From: a bacterium
Lineage (GTDB): Bacteria; UBA8248
Length of the DNA stretch: 64,000 nt
NCBI GenBank assembly: GCA_965200245.1
Contig: CBDATS010000008.1
Location: 224,001 to 288,000 of the forward strand
Reading direction: 5' to 3'
Below the pieces are notes generated by a model. That model did not search any database. It was given only the letters and a program-made list of their open reading frames with translations, and was not told where the DNA came from. A program made the position numbers and the translations under genes. Positions 62,585 to 64,000 of the stretch are shown here, piece by piece. Every line of letters starts with the position of its first letter. Positions within the stretch are counted from its first letter, which is position 1.

Positions 62585-62898
62585 TGCTGAATGATTCGTT
62601 TTCAGAAAGCACGGGAGGGGGGGAGGGCGTTTTCGCTGTCCGGTGGAAACGAATCGCTTTCCTGCCTGAAGATCGTGCGACGCCGCCTTGCACCTATGGG
62701 GCATGGCAGGATGATTGCAAAACGAATCGGCGCTTCAAGGTCGACTGCCCGTCTCGGGCCGTCCATATCCTGTTCTTGAAAATTACGCCACAGCGGGTAT
62801 GCGGATTGTTCCGAATTCGGTCAGTTATGAATTTGGGCTGAATGTCTGGGTGAATCCCGACGCGGAAGCTTGGTTTGAAGTCGCGCGGGCGAGGTCGC

Positions 62899-62975
62899 GG
62901 GCCTATAGCTCAGTTGGTCAGAGCGCGCGCCTGATAAGCGCGAGGTCCCTGGTTCAAATCCAGGTAGGCCCACCA
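62899..62975 (+). tRNA. tRNA-Ile (GAT)
   Basis: GGGCCTA acceptor stem, CTGATAA anticodon loop, TTC T-loop, CCA end. Confidence 0.97.
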
Positions 62976-63113
62976 TACCGGAATTCCGGAATTGACAGAA
63001 ACGAAACGCATGGCATGAAACGCCTGGAAGTGATGGCGTGGATGGACCGTTGAGCGGAGCCGTGCAGGCTCATCGTCGTCGCGGGTCGTTCCCTGAAGCG
63101 AAATCTGAGATAT

Positions 63114-63189
63114 GGGGATGTAGCTCAGTCGGGAGAGCGCCTGGTTTGCAACCAGGAGGTCGGCGGTTCGAGCCCGCTCATCTCCACCA
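63114..63189 (+). tRNA. tRNA-Ala (TGC)
   Basis: G3:U70 pair, TTTGCAA anticodon loop, CCA end. Confidence 0.97.
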
Positions 63190-63344
63190 TTTGCATTGGC
63201 GGCTGTGGGTGATGAATTTGAATTCTCTGGCAGTTTCGGGCGGGAGTTTCTTCCGTCTTTTGATCTTTGACAATCGAATCGCATGAATTGGCATGTTCAT
63301 TGAAGGCTCTCAGTAATGGCTGGGAATCTGAAATCTCAAGATTC

Positions 63345-64000
<656 letters not shown>

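Overview
Bacterial chromosome segment (moderately GC-rich) ending in an rRNA operon (16S, tRNA-Ile, tRNA-Ala, partial 23S). It carries housekeeping genes (gatA/gatB, degP, DacZ-type diadenylate cyclase, csaA, gpmI, S41 protease, amtB), many organic-N uptake and catabolic genes (peptide and Liv-type ABC systems, hydantoinase/oxoprolinase, aminotransferases, hydrolases), the start of an NHLP-type peptide export locus, a small AT-richer island (XRE, DUF4258-like, SeqA-like) and several decayed genes. The main hidden signal is three genes that the ORF track splits at an in-frame TGA. Each TGA lies in a Cys/Sec redox motif and is followed by a SECIS-like hairpin: a PrdB/GrdB-like protein (UPLC), a UGSC-family protein (UGSCTSCC) and an AhpD/CMD-like protein (CNYU). 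The CNYU gene is paired with a tandem paralog that has lost the redox motif. Two of the three lie in one co-oriented catabolic cluster (46.6-54.2 kb), a candidate undescribed selenium-dependent pathway. Family calls come from motif recognition by eye, not database searches.
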